Part shown: one piece after another, positions 1 through 14,200 of the stretch
Numbering within the stretch: position 1 is the first letter of the stretch
Layout: each line of letters starts with the position of its first letter
Assembly: GCA_054772095.1 (NCBI GenBank)
Contig: BAAGAE010000031.1
Location: forward strand, 1,238,979 to 1,302,978
Source: Chamberlinius hualienensis
Taxonomy: Eukaryota
DNA length: 64,000 nucleotides
Reading direction: 5' to 3'
Notes under the pieces: generated by a model
Seen by the model: only the letters and a program-made list of their open reading frames with translations
Told to the model about the DNA's origin: nothing
The model's database searches: none
Made by a program: the position numbers and the translations under genes

Positions 1-369
1 CTGGTGATTGCTTAGAGAACATGTCTAAACTCCAACGCTTTTCAATAATAAAACTGACAAGAAATCATTACTATACTAAAAACATTACTTTTAACAAGTT
101 AGCGCATATTGTATAATAACAAAATGAAAAAAGCTATGCTGCCCAATTGTTTAGACAAAAAGTAAACCTAAATGTTTATCCTAATATATAAAAGAAAATT
201 GATGATCTCCACTATTGTCATAGAACTAATGGGCTGTATGACACGATGACTGCGTTGACTAACTCGAGCTTAATTGGTCAGCTACCTTCTATTAGAAAAT
301 TGCCATTCGACTAACTAATTAGTTGAATGATAAAACTGGCTATGATTAACTACATTGAACAATTCTTAC

Positions 370-2564
370 CATCTCGAGATTTATACACTTGGATATGTGC
401 GATACCTGCAAAACGAATTATAAAAAAAAATTCATTATGTTAACTATGCACATGAAAACTTGATATGCTTACCTCCACTCTTGAGTACGGTTCAATAATA
501 CGGCACAAATTTTGTTCCAACATGTTGTCATACAAGGTATCCAAGTGAGCTCTAATAATTGAATCGTCTAATAGTTCCTTTTTATACTGGACAAGTGTCT
601 GTAACAGATATGTATTAGTTGAAAACAATTTAGAAAAGTTGCAGAAACGAAATAGCCTAAACCTTTTGAAAGTCGGCCAGAGAGCGTTTACTACTGGCAT
701 TGGCAATACTTTTCATTGCATCAATTTCAGGTCCAGCATAACGAAGTGCTAATTTTCCACTAACAATTCCTTGGACTTCATCAGCACTATAATAGCGTTT
801 TATTTATATTTCGTACACAGAAGACAGTTCCTAAAAGCTTACCCGTTCAGCATTATTTTTGATAAAAGCATGTACTTCAAAGCCACAAGTGCTTTTGGAT
901 TATCGATGGAATCGTAGCCCTCAAAAGCTTCATAAAAATATGAATAAGCAGTTTTGAAATCCTTTTCATCAGCCGCGTGAAGAATTCCTAATTAAATGGA
1001 TTTTCAGCCAGTTGTTCAAGTTATTGGTGTTATAAAATTAAATCTTACCTGATTGAAGATCCAGTGAAGCCTGCAATTTTGGAGGACAATAAATGGAGTT
1101 GGCAGTTGTCCTAGCCGATGTTAACGCAGCTCTAAATTTATAAGTATGTTAGCCAATTTATGGCATAAAAGTGTTAGATACACAGTTACCTAGCTTTAGG
1201 AAGGTTTCCAAGAGCCAAATAGGTTTTACTTTCCAACAGTTGGACTTCAACTAAAAGATTTTTATCATCCAACTTCTTCAATTCCCTTAACAGTAATGAT
1301 CCTAGAAAGAACATACAACAATCAATAAAATGAAAAAGAATTCAGTATAGTGGTTCGACATACCTAATTGCAATGCTTCAGTGTATTTCTGTGTGTCGTA
1401 ATAAAGAGCCACTAATCTCGCCTGAAAATACCAATTTAAGTTCGTGATTAGACATCAGCAACATCAAAAGCTACTCCAAATCTGCTAAATATTAAGTAAT
1501 AAAATTAACGATAATGATTGATCTAGAGACCTTTTTTTCCGTTAACGAGCATTAAAACTGACTCATTAAAAATAACTTGAAGTACTCAAAGTTTGCTTAA
1601 AGTTAATAATATAGTAATTACCTCAAGTGATTGTCGTAAAAATGTCCTTTTTTCTTGTTTAGCCCACTCAATACAATCCTGACATAGTTCAACCTACAAT
1701 ATATTTCACATTAGTAAATACTTAGCTAACCACTTACATTCATACTTCATAACCGATGCCGGCTTCCATGTCTAAGAACAAATCAACTAAAGTCCTGACT
1801 AATTTTGCTGCCTTGGCTTTGCTGATTAGACCAAAAAATGGCCTGCTGTTCTTGATCAGTTGGCATAGCTCTGAAAAATCATTTTAAACAACTCGCTTAT
1901 ATAATTATCGTATTTATATACCTTCAGCTTTTCCAGTTTTACTGTACTTTAACCCTAATTCAAGAATTTGTTGCTCTTTTTCAGAAATATTTGCATCTTC
2001 GGCATTTCCATTGTTTTCCTTTTCCTTCTGCTCAGACTCCCCTTTAATGAAAAAAAATGTAAATAAGAAATCAAAACCATGTCATTTAGCATAATTTAAT
2101 ATTTTAGTAGCTACTATTTCAAAATGTATGGAAAAATTCGATTTCAAGCCAACTTTGTTAACATGAGTAAGCAGAATTGAACGTACACAGTGGGCAAATG
2201 GGAAAATGTCAAATTCAACCATTCATAATTTGTAACATATACTTGCTGCTAATAAGCACAATTTCAATTAAAGGTAGACTTTCACCGGCATTAATAGTAA
2301 TGAAAATAATGATTGAATGCCCGTTAAAAGTTTAAGTATTCGATTAGGCAATGACACATTGCCTTAAATTGTGGCCAATGACAATAAGACCAACAAACGG
2401 TTGATAGATACATTCATAAATAGTTACCCTTTAAGTATTATGAATAACGTGACTCGTATAAATGTATTTATTAAATACATACCTAATTGGGATAATGGTT
2501 TGAATGGAGTCTTTTTATCCATTGGTAAGTAAGAAGATCTCTCAACTAAGACTTTAGTCGCCAT
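370..2564 (-). CDS. Rpn6: 26S proteasome non-ATPase regulatory subunit 11 (Rpn6/PSMD11), partial (3' end beyond window start)
   Basis: Minus-strand exon chain built from GT/AG sites with frame continuity: 2483-2564 (ATG at 2564), 1922-2041, 1746-1870, 1622-1693, 1364-1421, 1190-1301, 1049-1131, 843-987, 663-786, 473-598, 370-405 (36-nt microexon); 1083 nt = 361 codons. Translation (..[42 protein letters not shown] / [24 protein letters not shown] / [19 protein letters not shown] / ..[28 protein letters not shown] / [47 protein letters not shown] / ..[20 protein letters not shown] / ..[25 protein letters not shown]) matches the Rpn6 PCI-domain protein as I remember it residue-for-residue over long stretches. 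The last ~60 codons (LSQMILDKKF...KAKKL) are not found in 1-369, so the terminal exon(s) must lie left of the window. Confidence 0.85.
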
Positions 2565-2961
2565 GTTCGAACACTAAACGTACGTACTAATGGTAAAAAT
2601 GGGCAATGACGTATGGGTGGTAAATTTAGCGCACTTGGCAAGTCAGTTGGCATGAGATGCAATTTTTCATGGACAATCGCCCCAATGTTTTGCCCCTCCG
2701 CAATTCGCCCCGGAATAATAATAATAATTAATCGATATCGTCTTGCCCTTAAATTCACTAAGCGAGTTTTTATTATTTGTCGTTTTATTTTGATTATTAA
2801 AAAATTCAAATATTTTAAAAATAAATATTTCCATCAAAAAAAATTAACAATTTTTAATTAGTTCCAATTGCCACTTTGGGTTTGCCATTCAGTAAAATTT
2901 TAGAGCCAAATCGATGTCAATTACTGTACTTTATATTAATGTTGGGGCGATTTGTATGAGA

Positions 2962-3012
2962 GACAACTCGCCTCAAGGCTTAATATAACATTAAGCCTTG
3001 AGGCAAGTTGTC
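2962..3012. repeat. Near-perfect palindrome/hairpin (23-bp arms, 5-nt spacer)
   Basis: gacaactcgcctcaaggcttaat-ataac-attaagccttgaggcaagttgtc; one C/A mismatch on the plus strand (a G.U wobble if transcribed from the minus strand). Lies ~400 bp upstream of the Rpn6 ATG. Confidence 0.7.
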
Positions 3013-4671
3013 CGGATCCTGATGAAATGGTGAACGAAATGAATAGCGAATTTGGAGAACTTTCAAAAAATGCTAACTAATTTAACTAATCACAAAAATT
3101 ACCGTTCAAAAGAGATATGCAATATGACATTTTTTTTTTTGGCAGTTGTAACAGCTATTATACTATATTGGATATTTTATAAAATGACCATTCTAGTTTA
3201 CAGTACTGTAGATAGTAAATCGAAATTACACATTAGAAAACTTTAAAAAATGGGTACAGACAGATAAATAATGAAGTCATCTTAAACCCCTAAATTTTAT
3301 ACTCGTAGATCTTAGAAATCAGAAGATGAATGATTCTGTAAATACAGTAGATTCGATCCACCACTACATGAATGGGCTTGTAGATCTTAATTTCAAAGCA
3401 TAGACCTGTGAAGTTCAGTCGGTCCCGAGAATATAAATTCCACATGTTGTATTAAGTTATTGGATTGCGGCTATTTGGATAAAACTTTCAAATAAAGCAC
3501 GAACTCGCGATAAATTTACGTTTAAAAATTTATTGGTCACTGATATACGTGGGCTTCAGAAATAATTACAATGCCTTAGAAAGCAATTAACTAAATTTCC
3601 GGAATGATACTAAATCATATTGCGACTGTCGTATTGGTCACACTTTGCGTAACTTTGTTTTTGCTTCAACGTGGTTTACAACGTACAAAATAACATTTAT
3701 AGTTCTCGAGCACTCAAGTTGGTTCTACAATTTCAGAAATGGAAATGGAGAGGAACCTGTGCAAAAAGTGGGCATCGACTGATATGACATCAAAACACAA
3801 TTTTTCCCAAATTAAAAAAAAAAAATGTGCATTGGGGATTGTTTTTAAAGTTGCGTTTAACATAACGCTCAAAACATTAAACAGACAATCCGTGCTGTTA
3901 ATTTCGTAATAATTTTGGAATGTGACAAACCAAAAACACTGATTAGAGATGCCAGAATTTACATTAGTTTCAATCAAAAAACTTTTTTTTAATAAACAAG
4001 TTTTCATTATGGTGCAAAAACTAAGGGCAACGAAAAGAAACTATGAAAATATCCAGAATTTTTTTTATACCATACGATCTGGAAAGAATTTGAAACTTAC
4101 TTTTTTTTATATCAAAGTTGTAAACAATTTTAAAGACAAGTAACCACATTCACCTATCACCAGACACAATAAAGAAACGTTCTCAAGATGCATTTGGATA
4201 AGAAATTCTTTTTGTATTATTATTTGAAATTTAACCAAATTTAGGTGGACATTAACGTCCTTTTTATAAGATAATTATCCTCTAAGTTAGGGGCACTTGA
4301 GGCATATTCACAAAAGTTTGAAACGTTCAATGGGTTGTTCCGTGTGCACTATCAAATTATTTTTCACCTTTTTTTTTTTACTTCTATCGAAGCAGAGAAA
4401 GCAAAATTTTCCATACACTTCATCAAACATACATACGCTTATTAACATCGAAAAAACGTAAGGTTTGCAGAAAGCCCCATCTGAAATAAATAACCAACCA
4501 ACTAAACAAGATCCTGCAACAAAAACATACAAAAAAAAAAAAAAAAATATCCTGGATAAGGAAAATTTTGCACTCTCGTTTCAACACAAAATACAATGTT
4601 CAAGTTACTGGTGACAGCTGTAAATTAGAGAGAAAAAGTATTGTATATTTTTCAGAGGTTTGTAGACGCAG

Positions 4672-6480
<1,809 letters not shown>

Positions 6481-7214
6481 TCACGGTTAAATATTTCCTT
6501 TGTTATACAATCTGAAAATAAATAAAATTACATGTGATATTAAACAGTAATAGTAAGAGAGAAATTATTTGAAAATGTGTCGACGTAAACACTTAACAAC
6601 GCCCATACGACTCGAATTAGCTTACAGTTTAATAGCTACACATAAATGACTAACTATAAAATATAGTAGAAATTAAAATGATCATCTTGAATGGTACGAG
6701 TACTTTAATCTATCTGACAAATCTCAACATAGTTGAAGAATTGAAAAGAAATCGAAGCCGGATATGCAAAAACAAAATGTCAATGCTTCATCCGTAATGC
6801 CACTTGAGGTTGACTCACGCTATGCCGCGGTTTACTATCAACTCCATCATCACCTTTCAGTATAAAGCTCCATTTTGATTAATTAATTATAATAAAAATC
6901 GTCACTTGATATATAATCGCGTTGTATAGTCTTGTTCAAAGGTTCGCCATTAAAAAGAAGAACAATATCGACGTTCTACAGATTACAAACATGGCGGAAA
7001 AGCCGGTGGCTACATTAACATACCTTTCTAATAATTAAATCTTCAGCTTCAAATATAACTTTCAAACACAAATACGGTTTATACTCACATGTACACTTTA
7101 TGTGTTTGAAATCCAGCTAAGAATTTAAACTGAATATTAAATTCGAGTCGTGCGATGTACGTATAGCTCAATAAATATAAGCTATCGATAAAATAATCCA
7201 GATAACGTACCTAC

Positions 7215-7405
7215 ACGTACAACCACTATTCAACAACCGAAAAATGGCGGACGTGGAAAAGAACCCGTAACCTCTGCCACGTCTCCCTAAATGAGTACGT
7301 AAATCCCGCAACAGCACAACAAGCGAGAGCGGACAGTTCGATGTGCTTCACGACTTTATGCTCGATGGGATTTACAAATGATTTAGTCCATCGCAGCTGC
7401 CATTT
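7215..7405 (-). promoter_or_regulatory. Putative 5' non-coding exon / core promoter of Arf1
   Basis: Locally GC-richer island in an AT-rich spacer ~750 bp upstream of the Arf1 ATG. On the minus strand it ends in gtaggtacg (donor-like), and a cag acceptor sits immediately 5' of the ATG at 6474. Positional inference only. Confidence 0.3.
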
Positions 7406-8805
7406 TGTTTAGTTACAGAATAATGATCAATAAACTCTTTATTTACTCGGCTTATTTTTAATTAAATATTGAGTTTTAAATCAGAAAATGTTTGGTGTAT
7501 TAATTAATATTTTTTTATTATCTTTTTATCAAATGATGGTACTAATTTGTTTTTAAAAGTATTAATTTAAGACTAGTATAGATGTAGTGTTTAGGAATGT
7601 AACTTTGACAAAATGGCACGGATAAACGTTTAATTTTGGGTTTTATAAATCGATTTACAGAAAAGCAGTTGCTGATACTGATGTAACAAACCACATGGAA
7701 CCATGGGCTTTCGAAGTTCTAAACCACATAAAATAGCAACATTTTAAATTTAAGTATGGCGAAATATTTAAAAAATATCACTGTTCTGTATTATGTCATA
7801 ATCAATTCAAATGATATTCAATGATTTAGATCTATTGTCTTAAACATTATCTTATAAACCCAAAAAAATGTTTTAAATAAAAATTCTAGAAAATCCGAAG
7901 TAAATAAAAAAATATCTACTGCAACTAATACTACTTCATTCAAAATTTTAAAATGGATTACATTTTTTAATAATTTAATATTTACATTTATCACTCAACT
8001 CACATTACACAATTTTTCCAAAATGACAAAACACTCGGAACTTTCATCATTATATTGTTTTCATCACCATATAGTGTAAACAATGGTTGATTGGTCGTAT
8101 TAATTCTGTATTAACTTTTAGCATCTATTTGATATTTACCATTGTTTAAATAAATATAATGCGGCATGAAATTTTAATGTTAACATAAAACCTCAACAAC
8201 AAAGCAGTTTGAAAATTGTTTATCACTGTTTGTACTGTTTTCCACCGCTTCGTAATAAAATTTCCCAAATCACACCCTGAAGGAAATGTTTCTTCTACAA
8301 AAAATTACTCAACACTATAATTGCTTAGTTATTTTTTTAAGCTTGTTTTCCTTTAATAAAATGAAAAACATAAACAACATTACGAAAATAATGTTTCTTC
8401 GCTTCCAATTGGATGACTTTTATGTTCGACGGGCGTTCTTAGCGGGTTACTTCTGTAAACAAAATGCTTAAATATTTACTATTTCAAAAATAAATGCTGG
8501 CTCAGCGCTGCTTGGCGTATTCGCAATCGTAATAGCGCTTGCACGCATGCGTATTTTATATTAAGAATATATTTGATGTTTCTGCGCATGATTGTAATAT
8601 CGACATCTACCATTCTTTAAAGTATTTCAGCTTTTGTATAAGCGCTTATGTAAGCGCTGAATAATTTATTACAGTGTTGGTGAAAGCTCCCACTAAAGGT
8701 AAAAACATAAGCAGACGCCATTTGCACCGTGTTTACTTCGGAAAATATGTTGTAAACAAGAAAAACATTGTTTTCTATCTGTATTTTGCGTGTTGCAAAT
8801 GTGAA

Positions 8806-10162
8806 ATGTGGTCGACCGAAGCAACTGTTCAACTAATCGAACTACTGGAGTCCAAGCCTATACTGTGGAATGTAAAATGCGAGGAATATAGAGATAAAGA
8901 GAAAAAAGCAGATGCTATTAAGGACATAGCCAACAACTTATCAAAAGAAGTGTATGATGTTGAGAAAAAGATTAGATCATTGCGAGTGCAATTTAACAGA
9001 GAGCATCAAAAACTGGTGGCAATACAAGAAAAAGGAGGGTTGACCAATAAAAGGATTCTATGGTTTGGGTATAATCTTATGAAGTTTCTTGTTGAAGGCA
9101 GTCGAAGTAGAAGAAGTCGTACAACCACTGATGTTACAACGGTAAGTTGTTTCCAACTATTTTACAGTGTCAACGAAACTTTCTATTTGACATGTTACGC
9201 AAAAGTTTAATTTTTGAAATTACTTTAATACATTTTTTGTCAATTTGAAAGTGGGTGAGTGGGACTGTTCCATTCAATTTAAATTTCAATGGACAAATTT
9301 GAGGAATTCCAGCAAGTGTCAACGTCAGTTCTCCTACTAGTACAGTCGAAAACAAACATTACGTTAAAAACAATAAAAAAGTTGAAACGGCAAAAATTAC
9401 ACGTAGTTGGGGAAACTACACAGTGATATAAAAAAATGTATTGTAGGCGAACATAATTTCAGGAGGATTTTACCCTTGATAAGTTGAAATGTTTAGAAAT
9501 GGTCGTTTGACAATTTACTGTATCTTTTCTATTTAGAATTACTCAGAATTTATTATTTTTTAAAAATATTTTTCGTTTTTTTATATTTGTTTTGATGGCA
9601 TAAGATCTTGACAACGGAGATTTGATTTCAATTGACAAAAAAATTAAAATAAAATTTTATGTTGGCTACACTTTCGGTATTTCAATTTTTTAAGCTATAC
9701 GATGCGTAATTAAACTTTTGATTATTTTAGGTGACTGAATTGGACGCTGTTGAAGAAAACGTTGATATTGTTGATCAAGAATCTCATAGTGCATCTGAAT
9801 GTGACCAATCTACTGTCAGAACATCAATTTTAGAATCAGCTTTGAAAAAGAAATCGCCAGTTTTGAAAAAGCAGCATTTCAAAAATGCCAAGAGCAAAAA
9901 GCTCCTGTTTTCACCGGTTAACCCCGTTAAAATACCACACGAGAGGTTAAATAGCCGTGACAAATATGAAATTTTTGGTGAAAGTGTTGCCATTTCTTTA
10001 AGAGAGTCTGGAAGAAATTCAAGAGAAATATCAATTGCCAAACATAAAATTAACCAAGTTTTATTTGACCTGGAAATGGGCTACTATGCGCATGAAGTGG
10101 AACACCGTCCAGCTTCTCCAAATGGTGAACTATCTCCTATAGTTCTCATGACAACTGAGTGA
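8806..10162 (+). CDS. MADF-BESS domain transcription-regulator-like protein, 2 exons
   Basis: Exons 8806-9141 (donor gtaagt at 9142) and 9731-10162 (acceptor ttttag; stop TGA 10160-10162); 256 codons. The N-terminus MWSTEATVQLIELLESKPILWNVKCEEYRDKEKKADAIKDIANNLSKEVYDVEKKIRSLRVQFNREHQKL is a MADF domain (LIELV..P.LW.. plus W..RYRR.. pattern). The C-terminus ..DKYEIFGESVAISLRESGRNSREISIAKHKINQVLFDLEMG fits the BESS motif. The ATG at 8806 lies inside the longer ORF 8674-9210. Confidence 0.8.
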
Positions 10163-11276
10163 TCCGAGTTAATCTAACATATGGCATTTTAATGATGTAT
10201 TTTTATAGGTTAATTCTATGTCGGCTACCTTGGATTATTAAGTGTATTAAACCACTGAAAGACTTCGCTTAGAGCTGTTATGTATAAAATGCAAGAACAA
10301 ATTGAAATGTGAAAGTCATCAAAAACGAGAATGCTATGAAATTAATCAACTGAACTACCAAGTAGACTGAAGATATTTATCCGCGTCTGTTTTCTATTAG
10401 TAGCCATTAGATCTGAATTAAGATTAGATATTAATTTGCGTAAAATATCATTAACTGAAGTAAATGGTTCCTGATACAGTATCATGAAAAAAATCGGTAA
10501 TTGAAATCATTTTTCAATCTGAACATTTTGAAGAAAATAGTATGATATAGAAGTGAGTGAAGTGTATTGATATCATTACAAAGTGTGTTTTCTTTGGGTG
10601 AGTTTCAAAGCTTAGAAAATCAGAATATCTTGTGCACTGTATGTGACTTGCTGATCTATGTTGGAACTTTTCATCAATCGTATTTAAAGGACGATCGGAT
10701 TACATGTAACGATCGGATGATGTATTTACAGTAGGTGAGTTTATATTTATAGTTATATCGGTACTTTCTTCTATCACAAGTTTATTCTATCAGTCATGCT
10801 GTTATATGTTTTTCTCTTTTAGATAAATAAAATACTGATTATACATACTGTATTCGTAGAGTCTTTTACTATACAGACGAACCATGTAAAACAGTATAAT
10901 TGTATACCGTACAGTATCTCTAATCCGAACTAATGTCGTTCGGATTACCGAACATTTGGAATTGCGAGTTGTCAATTAAAAATCCTCAATCACATTTTTT
11001 TAGAAGCATAAACTTTAACAAAGATTGAGAACAATATCTTACTGGTCTAATTTTGTTTTCTTTTGGTCAGTATTGTAATCAGATAGCATAAATAAGTTGA
11101 AAAACCATATGTACTGTAGAAGTCGATAATTTAAATAAACAGCATGGCATTTAGCTACGTATTCAATTTTATTTGATATAAAACCGTAAATATTAACTTT
11201 AATTATTCCCCTTACCATCTTTTTAAATGCTAACTGTTGTTTGAATATATGTTGTTATGAAACTATATATTAGACA

Positions 11277-14200
11277 CTACGAAGGTGAAGCGTTTAATTT
11301 TCGTAGAATGCCATTGTTACTATCAAGATGAACATGATCTCCTGAAATAAACAGTATTCAGTTACATCATATCCTTAACATACAAAACTGCTAATAATTA
11401 AGCATAATTATGATGTATACCCGATTTAAACAGCTGTGTTGCTTTTGTTGCAGCTATTAAACACGGTAAGCCATATTCTCTCGCTACCACTGCACCTGTA
11501 ACAACACAAATTACTACAAGTTGCATCTGATAGTGATAAATCAGATGTAGTCAAGTGATCGTTTTTAAATGCCATGTTATTTTGGTTTTGTGTTAAAATT
11601 TCATTCTAATTTTAAAACTTAAGAGGGGAATGAGTTATACAATGAATATAATACCGTTTTCATAGGTGAAATATTTTTTTTACCGTGAGATATTAGACCC
11701 CCGAGTTCCGTAACAATTCCAGAAAGCAATGGAAAATACGGGCTCCAACCAATATCAGTGGAATGAGTGATCAGAATGTCTCCTTTCTAAAAATATTCGT
11801 GTACAATGAAAATGACTATATAAGCAATCAATGGCTAAAACGTACCTGAATTTGATGAGCATCATCGAGTGAAGTTATCACTCTGACTATCCCTTTCACA
11901 CTGCCATGGCACACAGGATAAGCTGATCCATCATGAATCCAGATTCAATATATGAGTCATGAAAATAAATTTAATTTCGATCATTTACCTTTCAATTCAA
12001 GAGTGGAATTAGATATATCATCACTTTCTTCTTCTTTATCCCACTAGAAACAATATTGTAACAAATTTAAAACTCAAAGGGATTTCCTTAAAATTACATG
12101 ATCTGGGAATCCAGAGCCACATTCATCAAACTTTATTGAATCCATTTTATCGTATAAACGTCTTCTTCTTTGAGCTCTTGAGTTTCCCACCCAAAAAAAA
12201 ACCCGAATTAAAAAAACTGGAACGTATGCTAGTTTTATTGACGATAATGTTTAATTCTACCTGGCTAATAGTGAAGATGAACGGGTGTTCAATACAATTC
12301 CTACTTCTTCAAATGTTAAGAAATAGATTAAGTCAGTGTCTGGTAAAAATCCCTCATTTACCATCAATTTAGCCAAAAGACAAAATGACATCTTAAGGCG
12401 TTCTTCCACTTTTATCATCATTGACTGAAAATAATAGTATTAATTTTATACTAGTATACATTTTGTTTGAAAATCTAATTCCATAGAATATACTTTTGCT
12501 TGTTCGCGATAGCAAACTCCACTTTTACATCGAGATATTGCGAAGGCTAACAGTTTTCTTGTCAAAATATAAACAAGTAAAATGTTAATATGATTGGGTT
12601 TGAATAACATTAGCGTTCTGTTTACCTTCTGAAAAATCCAATTTTAGTTTTGATGTTATTAATGGCTTCGTTCACTGTAAGTATAGGATTTTTGAGAGAT
12701 AATTGACCAGTGCTTCCTCTTACGGTGTTCTGTCAATTCCAAGCGATTAATACAAAAATGATAATTCCAGTTTTCAGTTCTATTTACTTGTAAAATTTTA
12801 ACAAATCCTTCTGGTTCCATTCCCCATGATGGGCTACGCATTTCAAACTAAACCAAATTGGAATTTCAATATTGTAAATGAGTAAAACTATAATAGTCCA
12901 AATTTAGCCAACTTCTCTTATTCCTCTATGGCCATGGCGTTCAAGAAATTGGCGAAATTTTTCACCAATCGTTCCTTTATCTTCATTCAGCTTATTCAAC
13001 GCTTCCTAAGTTACAAAAATTATCTTAAAATTCTAAACGTATGTGACGGAACGAATATTATACTTGCGGTTTCAGTTGGCTAAAATTTTCGTAGTTTGTC
13101 GATTTTATCACCAAGTTGGCCAATTCCTTATAATATAAATTGTAAACGTAAATTTTTATTGAAAAAAATAGGATTTACTGTAATGCTGAATGGCACATCT
13201 CCACTTTCTGCTCCATTGCAGCTGCCAACTAACATAGCAAAATCATGATAATGATCCATTGTAAAATCTAAAACCAAAATATCGACTAATTATTTAGTAA
13301 GGATTTAAGAAAACGTATCTCTCATACCTGGGCTGTTGCCAGCTAGAAGTTTTAGTATAATAAAATTCCACAGATTTGATCCCATTAGGACTTGAACGTG
13401 ACCCGTTAAAATCTAAATTGGCTTTTGTAATGAAACGTAGTTGATAATGCCAGTTAGGATAATGAATTACCTCGTCGATGTTCATAATTTTTTCACAAAT
13501 CAAATCGAAAGCTTCTTTAGCTGTTTTAGCTCCTTCGGCATGTACTGGGAAATGCCTGTATTTCACTTCAGCTCCTCTCAAAAATCGTTTACCAATTACC
13601 ATTCCCTTTGGGAAAATAGTTTGTTTTTACATTTTAAGTTAATTATAATAATAGTATACCAGGAAAGGAAAAACCATGCTCATAATCTTTTGAATGTATC
13701 CAGGAAATGGAAATCTTTCCAGGGCAATTTTTTCCAGTTCCTCATCATCGTCCATAACTCTCCCGAAGAAACCAAGTTCAAACGACTTGGTCATTAGACT
13801 TTTTTTCTCTTCGATATGCCACGTTTTTTGCTGTTTTTTAACATAAAAATTATCAAAGTGTTAGTTATTGAAAAAGTCCTTGTACATACAAATATGCGAT
13901 CAAAAAATTGGTGATTATAATAAAACACGGTAGGTCCTGAAAACGTTGGATCAAATTCGCCTGGTGAAGCAAAGAAAGGATTTTTCTAAAATAAATTTTA
14001 ATTAGAAATTTCAATACAAAATGCAAAAATTAATTATGAACATCACTTGAAAGCAAGCTCCATGAACCCTACGATCAGCTGTTTGAGTAAGAGGAGTCAA
14101 CGCCCCAGGCATCACTTCCCTAAAATTTAAAAAAAGTAAGATTGAAAACTTTGCCAATGCCAAAATCAATTTTATTTTTACGAATTATTCAAACCTTCAT

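Noticed and set aside
280-310. Candidate extra Rpn6 exon reading LVEWQFSNR after the 36-nt microexon
   Set aside because: Similarity to the conserved ..VEKKLSQMILDKKF.. segment is only superficial. The downstream region contains no MILDKKF/GEGVL coding, so the true terminal exon(s) must lie beyond the window start.
1340-1365. tRNA-like D-arm string (tcagtatagtggttcgaca) inside an Rpn6 intron
   Set aside because: No acceptor stem, anticodon arm, or T-arm (GGTTCGA.TCC) follows; it cannot fold as a tRNA. Coincidental.
2613-2861. Plus-strand ORFs overlapping real minus-strand exons or promoters (2613-2861, 6164-6490 antisense to Arf1 exons, 13441-13797 antisense to PEPS-A, 19431-19616 antisense to PEPS-B swivel exon, 42352-42946 minus-strand ORFs antisense to HERPUD)
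   Set aside because: Shadow ORFs with no homology signal. The opposite strand carries strongly conserved coding sequence with proper splice signals.
8674-8805. Upstream extension of the MADF ORF to 8674
   Set aside because: The conserved MADF domain starts right after the ATG at 8806. The upstream 44 codons are low-complexity and lack a Kozak-like start; treated as 5' UTR.
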